The notes beneath the pieces are model-generated. The model made no database searches. It saw only the letters and a list, made by a program, of their open reading frames with translations, and was not told the origin of the DNA. 18,343 nt of DNA from a virus (taxonomy: Duplodnaviria > Heunggongvirae > Uroviricota > Caudoviricetes), in the IMG/VR virus record IMGVR_UViG_2526164601_000033, one strand, 5' to 3'. How positions within the stretch are numbered: the first letter of the stretch is position 1; each line of letters opens with the position of its first letter. The position numbers were made by a program, and so were the translations under genes. Shown piece after piece: positions 7,666 through 14,880 of this stretch.

Positions 7666-8677
7666 AAAGGTGAAAACCGGCAGTTCATCCAGTAAGTCAG
7701 TATTGACCTGGCTTGCTGATATGTGCGGTGCCGATTTGTGTGCATACCCGTCTGTATCTGCACTGGCAGAAGTAACGGAACTGAACAAAAAGACTGTGCA
7801 GGACAGCTTACGACACCTGATGGAGATTGGGTTAATTGTTGATACCGGTGAGAGAAAAGGCAGAACAAAGCAAATTGTGGTGTACCGACTTATCGGTGTA
7901 GAAGAAAGTGTTGCCGAGCCTGAATACACCCAAAAACGGGAGTCTTTAAAGGTGGGTAAAATTGGTGCTGTTAATAAAAACAGTACCGAAAATGGTTATG
8001 TTTCAGCACAAAACAGACCCAAAAACAGAACTCTTAGCTGCATGGAAAATAACCAAAGACACCCAAATTTTCCATCAAAGACACCCAAAAACGGATCACG
8101 GAACCCAAAGGAACCCAAAGATCTAAACCCCACACATAACGCACGCGAGAGTGCTCCGACCAGTGAGCAGGAAGTTTTGTCGTTACAGGCAGCCCCCCCT
8201 GTATTCCTGTATGGCCTGAGCGAACCCATCGGAAAATTCCCGATGAGCGATAGCTGGTATCCGTCACGGGATTTTCGACGACGGGCTGCGTTGTGGGGGA
8301 TGGCTTTGCCGGAGACAGAATTTACACCTGCTGAACTTGCCGCCTTCCGGGACTACTGGGCAGCGGAGGAGAAAGTGTTTACGCAGATTCAGTGGGAGCA
8401 GAAATTCGCCCGTCACGTAAATCACGTCAGGGCGCAGGTTAAACCAGTCAGCAAAGGGGTAAACCATGCAGCAGCACCAGGTGGCACCGCATCACGGGCA
8501 GTTCAGGAAATTCGGGCAGCACGTGAGCAGTGGGAACGTGAAAACGGATTTATCAGCGACGGAAACGGCCTGGAAGCTGTGGGAACTCATGGGGGTGGTT
8601 TATTCGAACCGCTGGATCCAGAAGAACGGGGCCGCACCTTCGAAGCTCTGGATTGCACAGATTGGCGCGATGACTGA
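7637..8677 (+). CDS. Replication initiation protein (N-terminal HTH, C-terminal DnaT-like domain)
   Basis: Start set to the ATG at 7637 (AGGGG 6 nt upstream; MSIDALRWAKKV...) rather than the track start 7562, which lies inside the upstream gene. The C-terminal block SDSWYPSRDFRRRAALWG...FTPAELAAFRDYW is DnaT-like as recalled. Confidence 0.7.
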   Translation: MSIDALRWAKKVKTGSSSSKSVLTWLADMCGADLCAYPSVSALAEVTELNKKTVQDSLRHLMEIGLIVDTGERKGRTKQIVVYRLIGVEESVAEPEYTQKRESLKVGKIGAVNKNSTENGYVSAQNRPKNRTLSCMENNQRHPNFPSKTPKNGSRNPKEPKDLNPTHNARESAPTSEQEVLSLQAAPPVFLYGLSEPIGKFPMSDSWYPSRDFRRRAALWGMALPETEFTPAELAAFRDYWAAEEKVFTQIQWEQKFARHVNHVRAQVKPVSKGVNHAAAPGGTASRAVQEIRAAREQWERENGFISDGNGLEAVGTHGGGLFEPLDPEERGRTFEALDCTDWRDD

Positions 8678-9131
8678 GCAGCAAATCCGGCAGGTCTGCC
8701 GCCAGTGCATGGACCGCTGCCGGGCGGGTGAAACATGGCCTCCGGACCTGGCTGAGTTTGTGGCACTGATTTCGAAAAGCGGAGCCAATCCATTCGGTCT
8801 GACGGTGGATGCTGTGATGGAGGAGTACCGCCGCTGGCGCAATGAGTCCTGGCGATACGACGGAAGTGATAAGTACCCGTGGTCTCAGCCTGTGCTGTAT
8901 CACATTTGCCTCGAGATGCGTTCAAAGGGGATTGAGCGCCAGATGACCGAAGGGGAATTAAAACGGCTTGCAGAACGGCAACTGACGAAATGGGCAAAGC
9001 ATGTTAGTAACGGCCTGAGCGTTCCGCCAGTCCGGCGACAACTGGCGGCCCCCAAACGCCCGTCGGGGCCAACGCCAATTGAGTTGCTGAAACAGGAATA
9101 TGAACGCCGGAAAGCGGCTGGTTTTGTTTGA
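8466..9131 (+). CDS. Lambda P-like replication protein (helicase loader); start uncertain
   Basis: The C-terminal half parallels lambda P as recalled (YPWS...MTEGELKRLAERQL versus YPWK...LTDAELRRKAADEL). The longest ORF overlaps the upstream gene by 212 bp. Alternative in-frame ATGs at 8592 and 8670; the latter forms an ATGACTGA start/stop overlap. Confidence 0.6.
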   Translation: MQQHQVAPHHGQFRKFGQHVSSGNVKTDLSATETAWKLWELMGVVYSNRWIQKNGAAPSKLWIAQIGAMTEQQIRQVCRQCMDRCRAGETWPPDLAEFVALISKSGANPFGLTVDAVMEEYRRWRNESWRYDGSDKYPWSQPVLYHICLEMRSKGIERQMTEGELKRLAERQLTKWAKHVSNGLSVPPVRRQLAAPKRPSGPTPIELLKQEYERRKAAGFV

Positions 9132-9164
9132 GTTGAGAAGTGATTTTTTACCGGGAGGAAATTT

Positions 9165-9899
9165 ATGGAGACTGTTTTTGACGCACTGAAAGCGATGGGA
9201 AAAGCCACGTCGGTAGAGCTGGCTGCGCGACTTGATATCAGTCGTGAAGAAGTACTGAACGAGCTGTGGGAACTGAAAAAGGCTGGCTTCGTTGATAAAA
9301 GCGTATACACCTGGCGTGTGGCTGATAACAACGTTCAGCAGGAACAGCCAGCGCCAGAAGAAACCACCACGGCAACAGAAGCGAAAATCTCAGAGTGCGA
9401 TTTAACCGCGACGATTGAACAACGCGGACCACAAACGGCGGATGAACTGGCTACGCTGTTCGGTACAACATCCCGCAAAGTTGCTTCAACGCTGGCAATG
9501 GCAATCAGCAAAGGTCGTCTGATTCGCGTAAACCAGAACGGTAAAATTCGTTACTGCATACCAGGTGATAATTTACCAGCAGAGCCGAAAGTTGAATCGG
9601 TAGCGGAAACCGATGGTAAAGCCTTTCCTCAGCCAGCCGGTGTTGCGTTACCGGTACAGAAAGATGCAACACAGGAAGATATTAAAACAGAAACTGTGGC
9701 GGACATTGTGCAGTCGCTGCCATCGTTTACTGCAACGCGAGAAGATGATTTGATTTTGCCATCGCTGCATATGGCAAATCGCGAACTGCGTAGGGCGAAG
9801 AATCATGTCCAGAAGTGGGAGCGAGTCTGCGCCGCGCTGCGGGAGCTGAACAAGCACCGGGATATGGTTGCCGGGATTTGTCGGAAGTCCGGGCAATGA
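9165..9899 (+). CDS. Hypothetical phage protein with N-terminal winged-helix-like region (DUF1627-like)
   Basis: 244-aa ORF with GGGAGGAAA SD. The N-terminus ([30 protein letters not shown]) looks like a winged-helix segment. DUF1627 is a loose recollection, not verified. Confidence 0.55.
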   Translation: METVFDALKAMGKATSVELAARLDISREEVLNELWELKKAGFVDKSVYTWRVADNNVQQEQPAPEETTTATEAKISECDLTATIEQRGPQTADELATLFGTTSRKVASTLAMAISKGRLIRVNQNGKIRYCIPGDNLPAEPKVESVAETDGKAFPQPAGVALPVQKDATQEDIKTETVADIVQSLPSFTATREDDLILPSLHMANRELRRAKNHVQKWERVCAALRELNKHRDMVAGICRKSGQ

Positions 9900-10060
9900 G
9901 CGGATGGTGCAGGCCTGAAATCATGATACTAACAATGAAGGTAAAATGCATCGGCAGTCTGATTGGTCGTAGTGAGGCGGCGGTCAGGATGAAAGCCCAG
10001 GTTAAGGGAATAAGCCTGATTCTGCGGGGTGATTTTCACCAGTCAACAAAATATCCGTAG
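9896..10060 (+). CDS. Hypothetical 54-aa protein, possibly translationally coupled
   Basis: ATG overlaps the upstream stop (ATGA at 9896-9899). No recognisable motif; short. Confidence 0.3.
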   Translation: MSGWCRPEIMILTMKVKCIGSLIGRSEAAVRMKAQVKGISLILRGDFHQSTKYP

Positions 10061-10569
10061 CGCGATAACGGTCAAAAATTATGGCGCTGACACTTTTGTG
10101 CCACTGGAGATGACTGTACCTAAGTTCAGGGGAGAAGAACACGTCCGGTGGGATGGTCGGGCCAGATTTAAAGGGCAGGTCATGGCTCCAGCCTGTACGC
10201 TGGCAATGGAGGCTGCCTGGCGGGAAATTGATATGGGAACCACGCCACTCAGGGATTTACTGCCGGTCCAGAGAATAAATTCCTGTTACGGTTACACCAC
10301 TGTGATCTTGCAAGTGCAGGAAAGTAGGTCTACACGGTAACGCGAGTGCGTGTAACTTTTGATGTCATTCCCGTAGAAACACCGGACAAATTTTCGCTGA
10401 CAGGTCATGCAGAAGGTATAAATCTGCAGATTATGGACAATTACGGATATCCGGCAAGAGCCGGAAAAAGCATGCCGCCTCTAATTCTCAGTGGAAGATG
10501 GACTTGATTATACTCATTGCATTGTCAGAAATAGTTATCCATTAAAGGCTGGCTATTCCAAACAGGATG

Positions 10570-10591
10570 TTGATTACAAAAATGTAATCAA
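10570..10591. promoter_or_regulatory. Perfect palindrome TTGATTACA-N4-TGTAATCAA in the promoter region of the binding-protein gene
   Basis: 9-bp perfect inverted repeat with a 4-bp AAAA spacer in an AT-rich intergenic region about 170 bp upstream of the ATG at 10759. -10-like TATAAT at about 10620. Confidence 0.45.
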
Positions 10592-10758
10592 CATGTAAGG
10601 TTTATACTCTTCAATATGCGTATAATTTTCCTTATTTTGTTGACTTTAAATAACAAGCTATGCACGAGGTAAAGTCGGATAAGTTTATCTGGATGTAATA
10701 TATATTATTTGTAGTGTTTATAACTTTATTTCATGATAACCAATAAAAGGAGTTTTTT

Positions 10759-11517
10759 ATGAGGAACATAATGGCAGGTTTTTTAATATTCCTGTCTTCT
10801 GCTGCTTATGCTGATATCAATCTGTATGGTCCTGGTGGCCCGCATACAGCCTTGCTTGATGCAGCCAAACTTTATGCCGAAAAAACAGGTATTATAGTGA
10901 ACGTTCATTACGGCCCACAGAACAAATGGAATGAAGATGCCAAAAAAAATGCAGATATCTTGTTTGGCGCATCAGAACAATCTGCTCTGGCTATCATTCG
11001 GGACCATAAAGACAGCTTCAGTGAAAAAGATATTCAGCCTCTTTATCTGCGAAAAAGTATTTTACTGGTAAAGAAAGGTAATCCTAAAAATATCCGGAGT
11101 ATTGACGACCTGACCAGACCTGGGATTGGCGTAATTGTTAATGATGGTGGTGGTACCAGTAATACATCAGGCACTGGCGTCTGGGAAGATATTGCCGGAC
11201 GTAAAGGGAATATAGAAACTGTCGCCGCAATCCGAAAAAATATTATTTTATATGCGCCCAATAGCGGAACTGCACGTAAGGCTCTTGAGAATCAGCCTGG
11301 AGCAGATGTCTGGATAACCTGGGCTGACTGGGCAGCCAGTAATCCAGAAATTGGTGATGTCGTGGAAATAGCGCCAGACTACGTGATATGGCGTGATATG
11401 AACATTACAGTACGTCAGGATGCAAATGATGAAACCCGTCGATTTGCAGAATGGCTACAAACCGATGAAGCGGCGCCTGCATTCAAAAAATATGGCTGGA
11501 CCAGGAAAGGCACTTGA
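10759..11517 (+). CDS. Periplasmic solute-binding protein, ModA-like (molybdate/tungstate/sulfate-type PBP2 fold), with signal peptide
   Basis: 252-aa ORF with AAAGGAG SD. N-terminal signal-like MAGFLIFLSSAAYA. The blocks ADILFGASEQ, SILLVKKGNPKNI and C-terminal AEWLQTDEAAPAFKKYGW parallel E. coli ModA (ADLFISADQ, SLVVVAPKAS, YDYLKGPQAAEIFKRYGF) as recalled. The gene is AT-rich. Confidence 0.8.
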   Translation: MRNIMAGFLIFLSSAAYADINLYGPGGPHTALLDAAKLYAEKTGIIVNVHYGPQNKWNEDAKKNADILFGASEQSALAIIRDHKDSFSEKDIQPLYLRKSILLVKKGNPKNIRSIDDLTRPGIGVIVNDGGGTSNTSGTGVWEDIAGRKGNIETVAAIRKNIILYAPNSGTARKALENQPGADVWITWADWAASNPEIGDVVEIAPDYVIWRDMNITVRQDANDETRRFAEWLQTDEAAPAFKKYGWTRKGT

Positions 11518-11520
11518 CAT

Positions 11521-11549
11521 CCTCGTCCTTCAGGACGTGGATTCTTTTT
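11521..11549 (+). terminator. Possible intrinsic terminator after the binding-protein gene
   Basis: Imperfect stem CCTCGTCCT / AGGACGTGG followed by ATTCTTTTT. One mismatch in the stem and the T-run is offset. Confidence 0.35.
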
Positions 11550-11852
11550 CCGGATGCCGCGCCAGCGGCATGTAGGGGCAGCTCACAAAACGGAAAAAAT
11601 TGTACGCTAAGCCTCGCCAGGTGAACTGAATTCATTCCGATATGGGAATTCCCATATCGGGCGAAAACGGTTTGCTGTAACGGCAGAGTTAAGTAGGATT
11701 GCTGCGGGTGCTTGAGGCTATCTGCCTCGGGCATGAACACCAACGGCAGATAGATAAAAGCCCCACCCGACTATAAATCGAAGTGAGGCCCCTATATGCT
11801 CGTCACATATAGATTGCCTCTTACGGACCGAAAGGTCAAGGAGAAGCAGGCT

Positions 11853-12008
11853 ATGAAGCAGCAAAAGGCGATGTTAATCGCCCTGATCGTCATCTGTTTA
11901 ACCGTCATAGTGACGGCACTGGTAACGAGGAAAGACCTCTGCGAGGTACGAATCCGAACCGGCCAGACGGAGGTCGCTGTCTTCACAGCTTACGAACCTG
12001 AGGAGTAA
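11853..12008 (+). CDS. hokD: Hok/Gef-family membrane toxin (type I toxin-antitoxin toxin)
   Basis: 51-aa product MKQQKAMLIALIVICLTVIVTALVTRKDLCEVRIRTGQTEVAVFTAYEPEE matches HokD/RelF as recalled. AAGGAG SD. A long structured leader lies upstream, with palindromes at 11637-11660 and 11792-11812. Confidence 0.85.
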   Translation: MKQQKAMLIALIVICLTVIVTALVTRKDLCEVRIRTGQTEVAVFTAYEPEE

Positions 12009-12076
12009 GAGACCAGGCGGGGGAGAAATCCCTCGCCACCTCTGATGTGTCAGGCATCCTCAACGCACCCGCACTT

Positions 12077-12105
12077 AACCCGCTTCGGCGGGTTTTTGTT
12101 TTTAT
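12077..12105 (+). terminator. Rho-independent terminator downstream of hok
   Basis: Stem AACCCGC / GCGGGTT with TTCG loop, followed by TTTTTGTTTTT. Confidence 0.6.
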
Positions 12106-12116
12106 TTTCAACGCGT

Positions 12117-12146
12117 TTGAAGTTCCGGACGGCGCCGGAATAGAAT
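12117..12146 (+). promoter_or_regulatory. Promoter-like element with a palindrome in the spacer
   Basis: -35-like TTGAAG (12117-12122), 18-bp spacer containing the inverted repeat TTCCGG...CCGGAA, -10-like TAGAAT (12141-12146). Placed after the hok terminator and upstream of the Rem-like gene. Confidence 0.35.
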
Positions 12147-12228
12147 CAAAAATACTTAAGTAGCGCGCAGGGAGAAGAGGGATGGACCCCGAACAGGGGA
12201 GTGCTATTTATCTGGAAGGATTCTGTTG

Positions 12229-12486
12229 ATGAGAATCGAAGAATTACGTGAAATTTTTAGTGAAGGTGGCCTCTATACTGTGCGCGTTGAGAAGGGCGCT
12301 ATTGTCAGCCACTGCCGTATTAAATGTTTACAGTCTCAACAAAGGAAGAGTGGAGCTGCGTTAATTCATTTTGTGGATGGGCTTGTGACGGATGGTTTTA
12401 TTTTGCGTGCAAATGAATTTGTCACATCGTTGCCGTCTCTGAAAGAAGCTGGGATTAAGGCTGGTTTTTCTGCTTTTGAAGATTAG
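12229..12486 (+). CDS. Rem-like hypothetical protein (positional equivalent of rem in Qin)
   Basis: 85 aa from the ATG at 12229 (the track start 12226 is TTG). Sits immediately downstream of hokD and upstream of a DUF968-like gene, matching the hokD-rem-ydfU order of Qin. Sequence identity to Rem not verified. Confidence 0.5.
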   Translation: MRIEELREIFSEGGLYTVRVEKGAIVSHCRIKCLQSQQRKSGAALIHFVDGLVTDGFILRANEFVTSLPSLKEAGIKAGFSAFED

Positions 12487-12555
12487 TGAATTCATCTACA
12501 ATTCAGCGCAGGGCTGAACCCCTGTTGAGTAACACTGTGCCACCGGAGAAAGCCG

Positions 12556-12834
12556 ATGGCGCAAAATTCCAGACTACACAATTCTGATAATTCAGCCGTC
12601 TTTGCCAGCAGGCACGGGCGGCGTTCTCATGCATTCAAATCTGACTGGTTCCGGCACGCCCCATGCACTGAAGAACAGGCCGAATGGCTGATTCAGAACT
12701 ACCGCAGACGTGGGTATGAGTTTAGGAAAGCCCTCAGCCTCGATTATCGTCACTGGATAATCTACGTCAGGCTGCCGTACTCCGAGCGCCCACCGCGTCC
12801 GTCCCGCACATTCCAGCAACGCATCTGGAGGTAA
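12556..12834 (+). CDS. Hypothetical 92-aa basic protein
   Basis: ATG with GGAGAAAG SD. Arg/His-rich; no recognisable family. Confidence 0.45.
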   Translation: MAQNSRLHNSDNSAVFASRHGRRSHAFKSDWFRHAPCTEEQAEWLIQNYRRRGYEFRKALSLDYRHWIIYVRLPYSERPPRPSRTFQQRIWR

Positions 12835-12835
12835 C

Positions 12836-13891
12836 GTGCGGGTATTACTTCGACCTGTTCCGGTACCGGAACTTGGGTTGGTGGTCCTTAAACCAGGCCG
12901 TGAATCCATGCAGGTATTCCATAACCCTCGAGTGCTTGTGGAGCCGGAACCGAAAAGCATGCGCGGTCTGCCGTCCGGCATCGTCCCTGCCGTTCGCCAG
13001 CCGCTGGCGGAGGATAAATCATTACTGCCGTTTTTCAGCAATGAGCGTGTGATTCGTGCTGTTGGTGGCGCTGGTGCACTGTCTGACTGGCTGTTGCGTC
13101 ATGTCAAATCCTGCCAGTGGCCTCATGGTGACTATCATCACAGTGAAACCGTTATTCACCGTTATGGTACCGGCGCAATGGTGTTGTGCTGGCACTGCGA
13201 CAACCAGCTGCGTGACCAGACATCCGAATCACTCGAGCAACTTGCTCATCAAAACCTGTCAGCATGGATGATTGACGTCATCGGTCACGCAATAAGCGGT
13301 ACGCAGGAGCGTGAATTATCTCTGGCTGAATTATCCTGGTGGGCGGTCCGCAATCAGGTGGCGGACGCGCTACCGGAAGCGGTATTACGTCGTTCGCTGG
13401 GGTTGCGTGCGGAAAAAATCCGCTCAATGTACCGTGAAAGCGACATCGTACCGGGAGAGCAGACCGCCACCATCATACTGAAGCAGCGCACAAAAAATCT
13501 TGCGCCGCTGCCTCACGCCCACCAGCAAAACCCGCCACAGGAAAAGACGGTGGTCAGCATTGCCGTTGATCCGGAGTCACCGGCTCAGTATCTCCAGCGC
13601 CAGAAACCACAACGGGAAGAGATGCCTGTATACACGCGCTGGGTAAAAACGCAGAAATGCATGACGTGCGGTAATCAGGCAGATGATCCGCATCACATCA
13701 TTGGTCATGGACTGGGAGGGATGGGAACAAAGGCTGATGATTTGTTTGTTATTCCGCTGTGCCGTAAATGTCATAACGAACTGCACGCTGGGGTAAAAGA
13801 TTTTGAAGAAAAACACGGCAGCCAGCTGTTGTTGCTGATTCGTTTTTTAATGCACGCGAGAAATTCGGGTGTCCTGAAGTGGAAAGCATGA
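12836..13891 (+). CDS. DUF968-like (YdfU-like) protein with C-terminal Cys/His zinc-binding-type motif
   Basis: GTG start with a strong SD (TGGAGGTAAC-GTG); alternative ATG at 12908. The C-terminus carries KCMTCGN...HHIIGHG...CRKCHNELH. The family call is by recollection of nin-region proteins. Confidence 0.65.
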   Translation: MRVLLRPVPVPELGLVVLKPGRESMQVFHNPRVLVEPEPKSMRGLPSGIVPAVRQPLAEDKSLLPFFSNERVIRAVGGAGALSDWLLRHVKSCQWPHGDYHHSETVIHRYGTGAMVLCWHCDNQLRDQTSESLEQLAHQNLSAWMIDVIGHAISGTQERELSLAELSWWAVRNQVADALPEAVLRRSLGLRAEKIRSMYRESDIVPGEQTATIILKQRTKNLAPLPHAHQQNPPQEKTVVSIAVDPESPAQYLQRQKPQREEMPVYTRWVKTQKCMTCGNQADDPHHIIGHGLGGMGTKADDLFVIPLCRKCHNELHAGVKDFEEKHGSQLLLLIRFLMHARNSGVLKWKA

Positions 13892-14257
13892 ATGACTGAA
13901 CGGATAGAATTTGTTTTGCCTTACCCGCCGACGGTGAATACCTACTGGCGACGTCATGGCAATACGTATTTCATCTCGGAAGCCGGAAAGCGTTATCGCC
14001 GTGATGTGGCGCTAATTGTTCGCCAGCAGCGGCTGAAATTAAACCTGTCCGGAAGGCTGGTGATAAAGATTATTGCAGAGCCACCGGATAAGCGCCGTCG
14101 TGACCTGGACAATATCCTGAAAGCACCACTGGATGTGCTGACGCATGCCGGACTTCTCATAGACGACGAGCAGTTTGATGAAATCAATATTGTGCGCGGT
14201 CAGCTCGTTCCTGGTGGGCGGCTGGGGATAAAAATCACAGAACTGGAGTGCGCATGA
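13892..14257 (+). CDS. rusA: RusA Holliday-junction resolvase
   Basis: 121-aa ORF. The blocks LPYPPTVNTYWRRHGN and DKRRRDLDNILKAPLDVLTHAGLLIDDEQ parallel E. coli RusA ([45 protein letters not shown]) as recalled. Confidence 0.9.
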   Translation: MTERIEFVLPYPPTVNTYWRRHGNTYFISEAGKRYRRDVALIVRQQRLKLNLSGRLVIKIIAEPPDKRRRDLDNILKAPLDVLTHAGLLIDDEQFDEINIVRGQLVPGGRLGIKITELECA

Positions 14258-14475
14258 ATAACCACTATTTACAGTTTGTGCGTGAGCAGCTCATTATCGC
14301 CACCGCTGATTTGAGTGGGGCAACAAAAGGTCAGCTTGAAGCCTGGCAGGAGAATGCCATGTTCGATACAGGGCGTTACAGGCGAAAAAAAATCCGGTAC
14401 CGCGATGAAGTGACTGGAAAAATGATAACGCGGGATAATCCACCAATCGTTATTATCCTGCGCCCGGCCCTTTAG
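14254..14475 (+). CDS. Hypothetical 73-aa protein; 3' end runs 10 nt into the first tRNA
   Basis: ATG at 14254 overlaps the rusA stop (ATGA), with GGAG 5 nt upstream. The stop codon TAG at 14473-14475 lies inside the tRNA. It occupies the position where a late antiterminator Q gene would be expected but is too short for one. Confidence 0.35.
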   Translation: MNNHYLQFVREQLIIATADLSGATKGQLEAWQENAMFDTGRYRRKKIRYRDEVTGKMITRDNPPIVIILRPAL

Positions 14476-14541
14476 CTCAGTGGTGAGAGCGAGCGACTCA
14501 TAATCGCCAGGTCGCTGGTTCAAATCCAGCAAGGGCCACCA
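14466..14541 (+). tRNA. tRNA-Ile2-like (anticodon CAU; Met cannot be excluded from sequence alone)
   Basis: Manual cloverleaf: acceptor GGCCCTT/AAGGGCC, D-arm GCTC-AGTGGTGA-GAGC, anticodon loop CTCATAA, T-arm GCTGG-TTCAAAT-CCAGC, encoded CCA. Resembles E. coli ileX-type tRNA as recalled. Confidence 0.8.
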
Positions 14542-14542
14542 A

Positions 14543-14618
14543 CCGCCACTAGCCATCAGGAAAGAGCGTCAACCCTTTAAGTTGAGTGTGCGAGGTTCGA
14601 GTCCCCGGTGGTGGTCCA
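14543..14618 (+). tRNA. tRNA-like sequence, degenerate (possible pseudo-tRNA); predicted anticodon loop CCTTTAA
   Basis: Acceptor CCGCCAC/GTGGTGG (one G-U pair) plus encoded CCA and a canonical GGTTCGAGTCC T-loop. The D-stem has only two Watson-Crick pairs (GCCA versus GAGC), the T-stem has an A-C mismatch, and position 33 is C rather than U. Confidence 0.4.
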
Positions 14619-14631
14619 TTATCGGTATTCT

Positions 14632-14705
14632 GCGTTGTTAGCTCAGCAGGACAGAGCAATTGCCTTCTAAGCAATCGGTCACTGGTTCGACTCCAGTACA
14701 ACGCG
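14632..14705 (+). tRNA. tRNA-Arg (anticodon UCU, reads rare AGA)
   Basis: Manual cloverleaf: acceptor GCGTTGT/ACAACGC, D-arm GCTC-AGCAGGAC-AGAGC, anticodon stem ATTGC/GCAAT with loop CTTCTAA, T-arm ACTGG-TTCGACT-CCAGT. CCA is not encoded. Confidence 0.8.
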
Positions 14706-14721
14706 CTACACTTATTTTCCC

Positions 14722-14746
14722 GGCTCGCTTTTGCGGGCCTTTTTTG
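14722..14746 (+). terminator. Rho-independent terminator after the tRNA cluster
   Basis: Stem GGCTCGC / GCGGGCC (one G-U pair) with TTTT loop, followed by TTTTTTG. Confidence 0.6.
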
Positions 14747-14788
14747 TATCTGCGCCACGCCCGGCGCATACCAACCACAGAGCCTTTC

Positions 14789-14798
14789 GGGGGGGGGG
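14789..14798. repeat. G10 homopolymer tract
   Basis: Ten consecutive G at 14789-14798, about 80 bp upstream of the TerB-like start codon. Confidence 0.9.
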
Positions 14799-14880
14799 AG
14801 CTTACGGAGTGGTCAGTGTGACTTTCTCTGTGGGCAGATCGCTCCCGGGCGTTGGCTCACCCACCCAAAGGAACGTCACG

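Noticed and set aside
8553-8997. Three minus-strand ORFs (116, 136 and 80 aa) antisense to the replication genes
   Set aside because: They overlap two well-supported plus-strand genes and have biased Arg/Pro/Ser composition with no SD.
11796-11852. In-frame upstream extension of hok (track ORF 11796-12008) as a Mok-like frame
   Set aside because: An ATG with a GAGG SD exists, but whether it is a translated mok-type frame or only part of the structured leader cannot be resolved by eye. Kept as a note within the hok finding, not annotated as a CDS.
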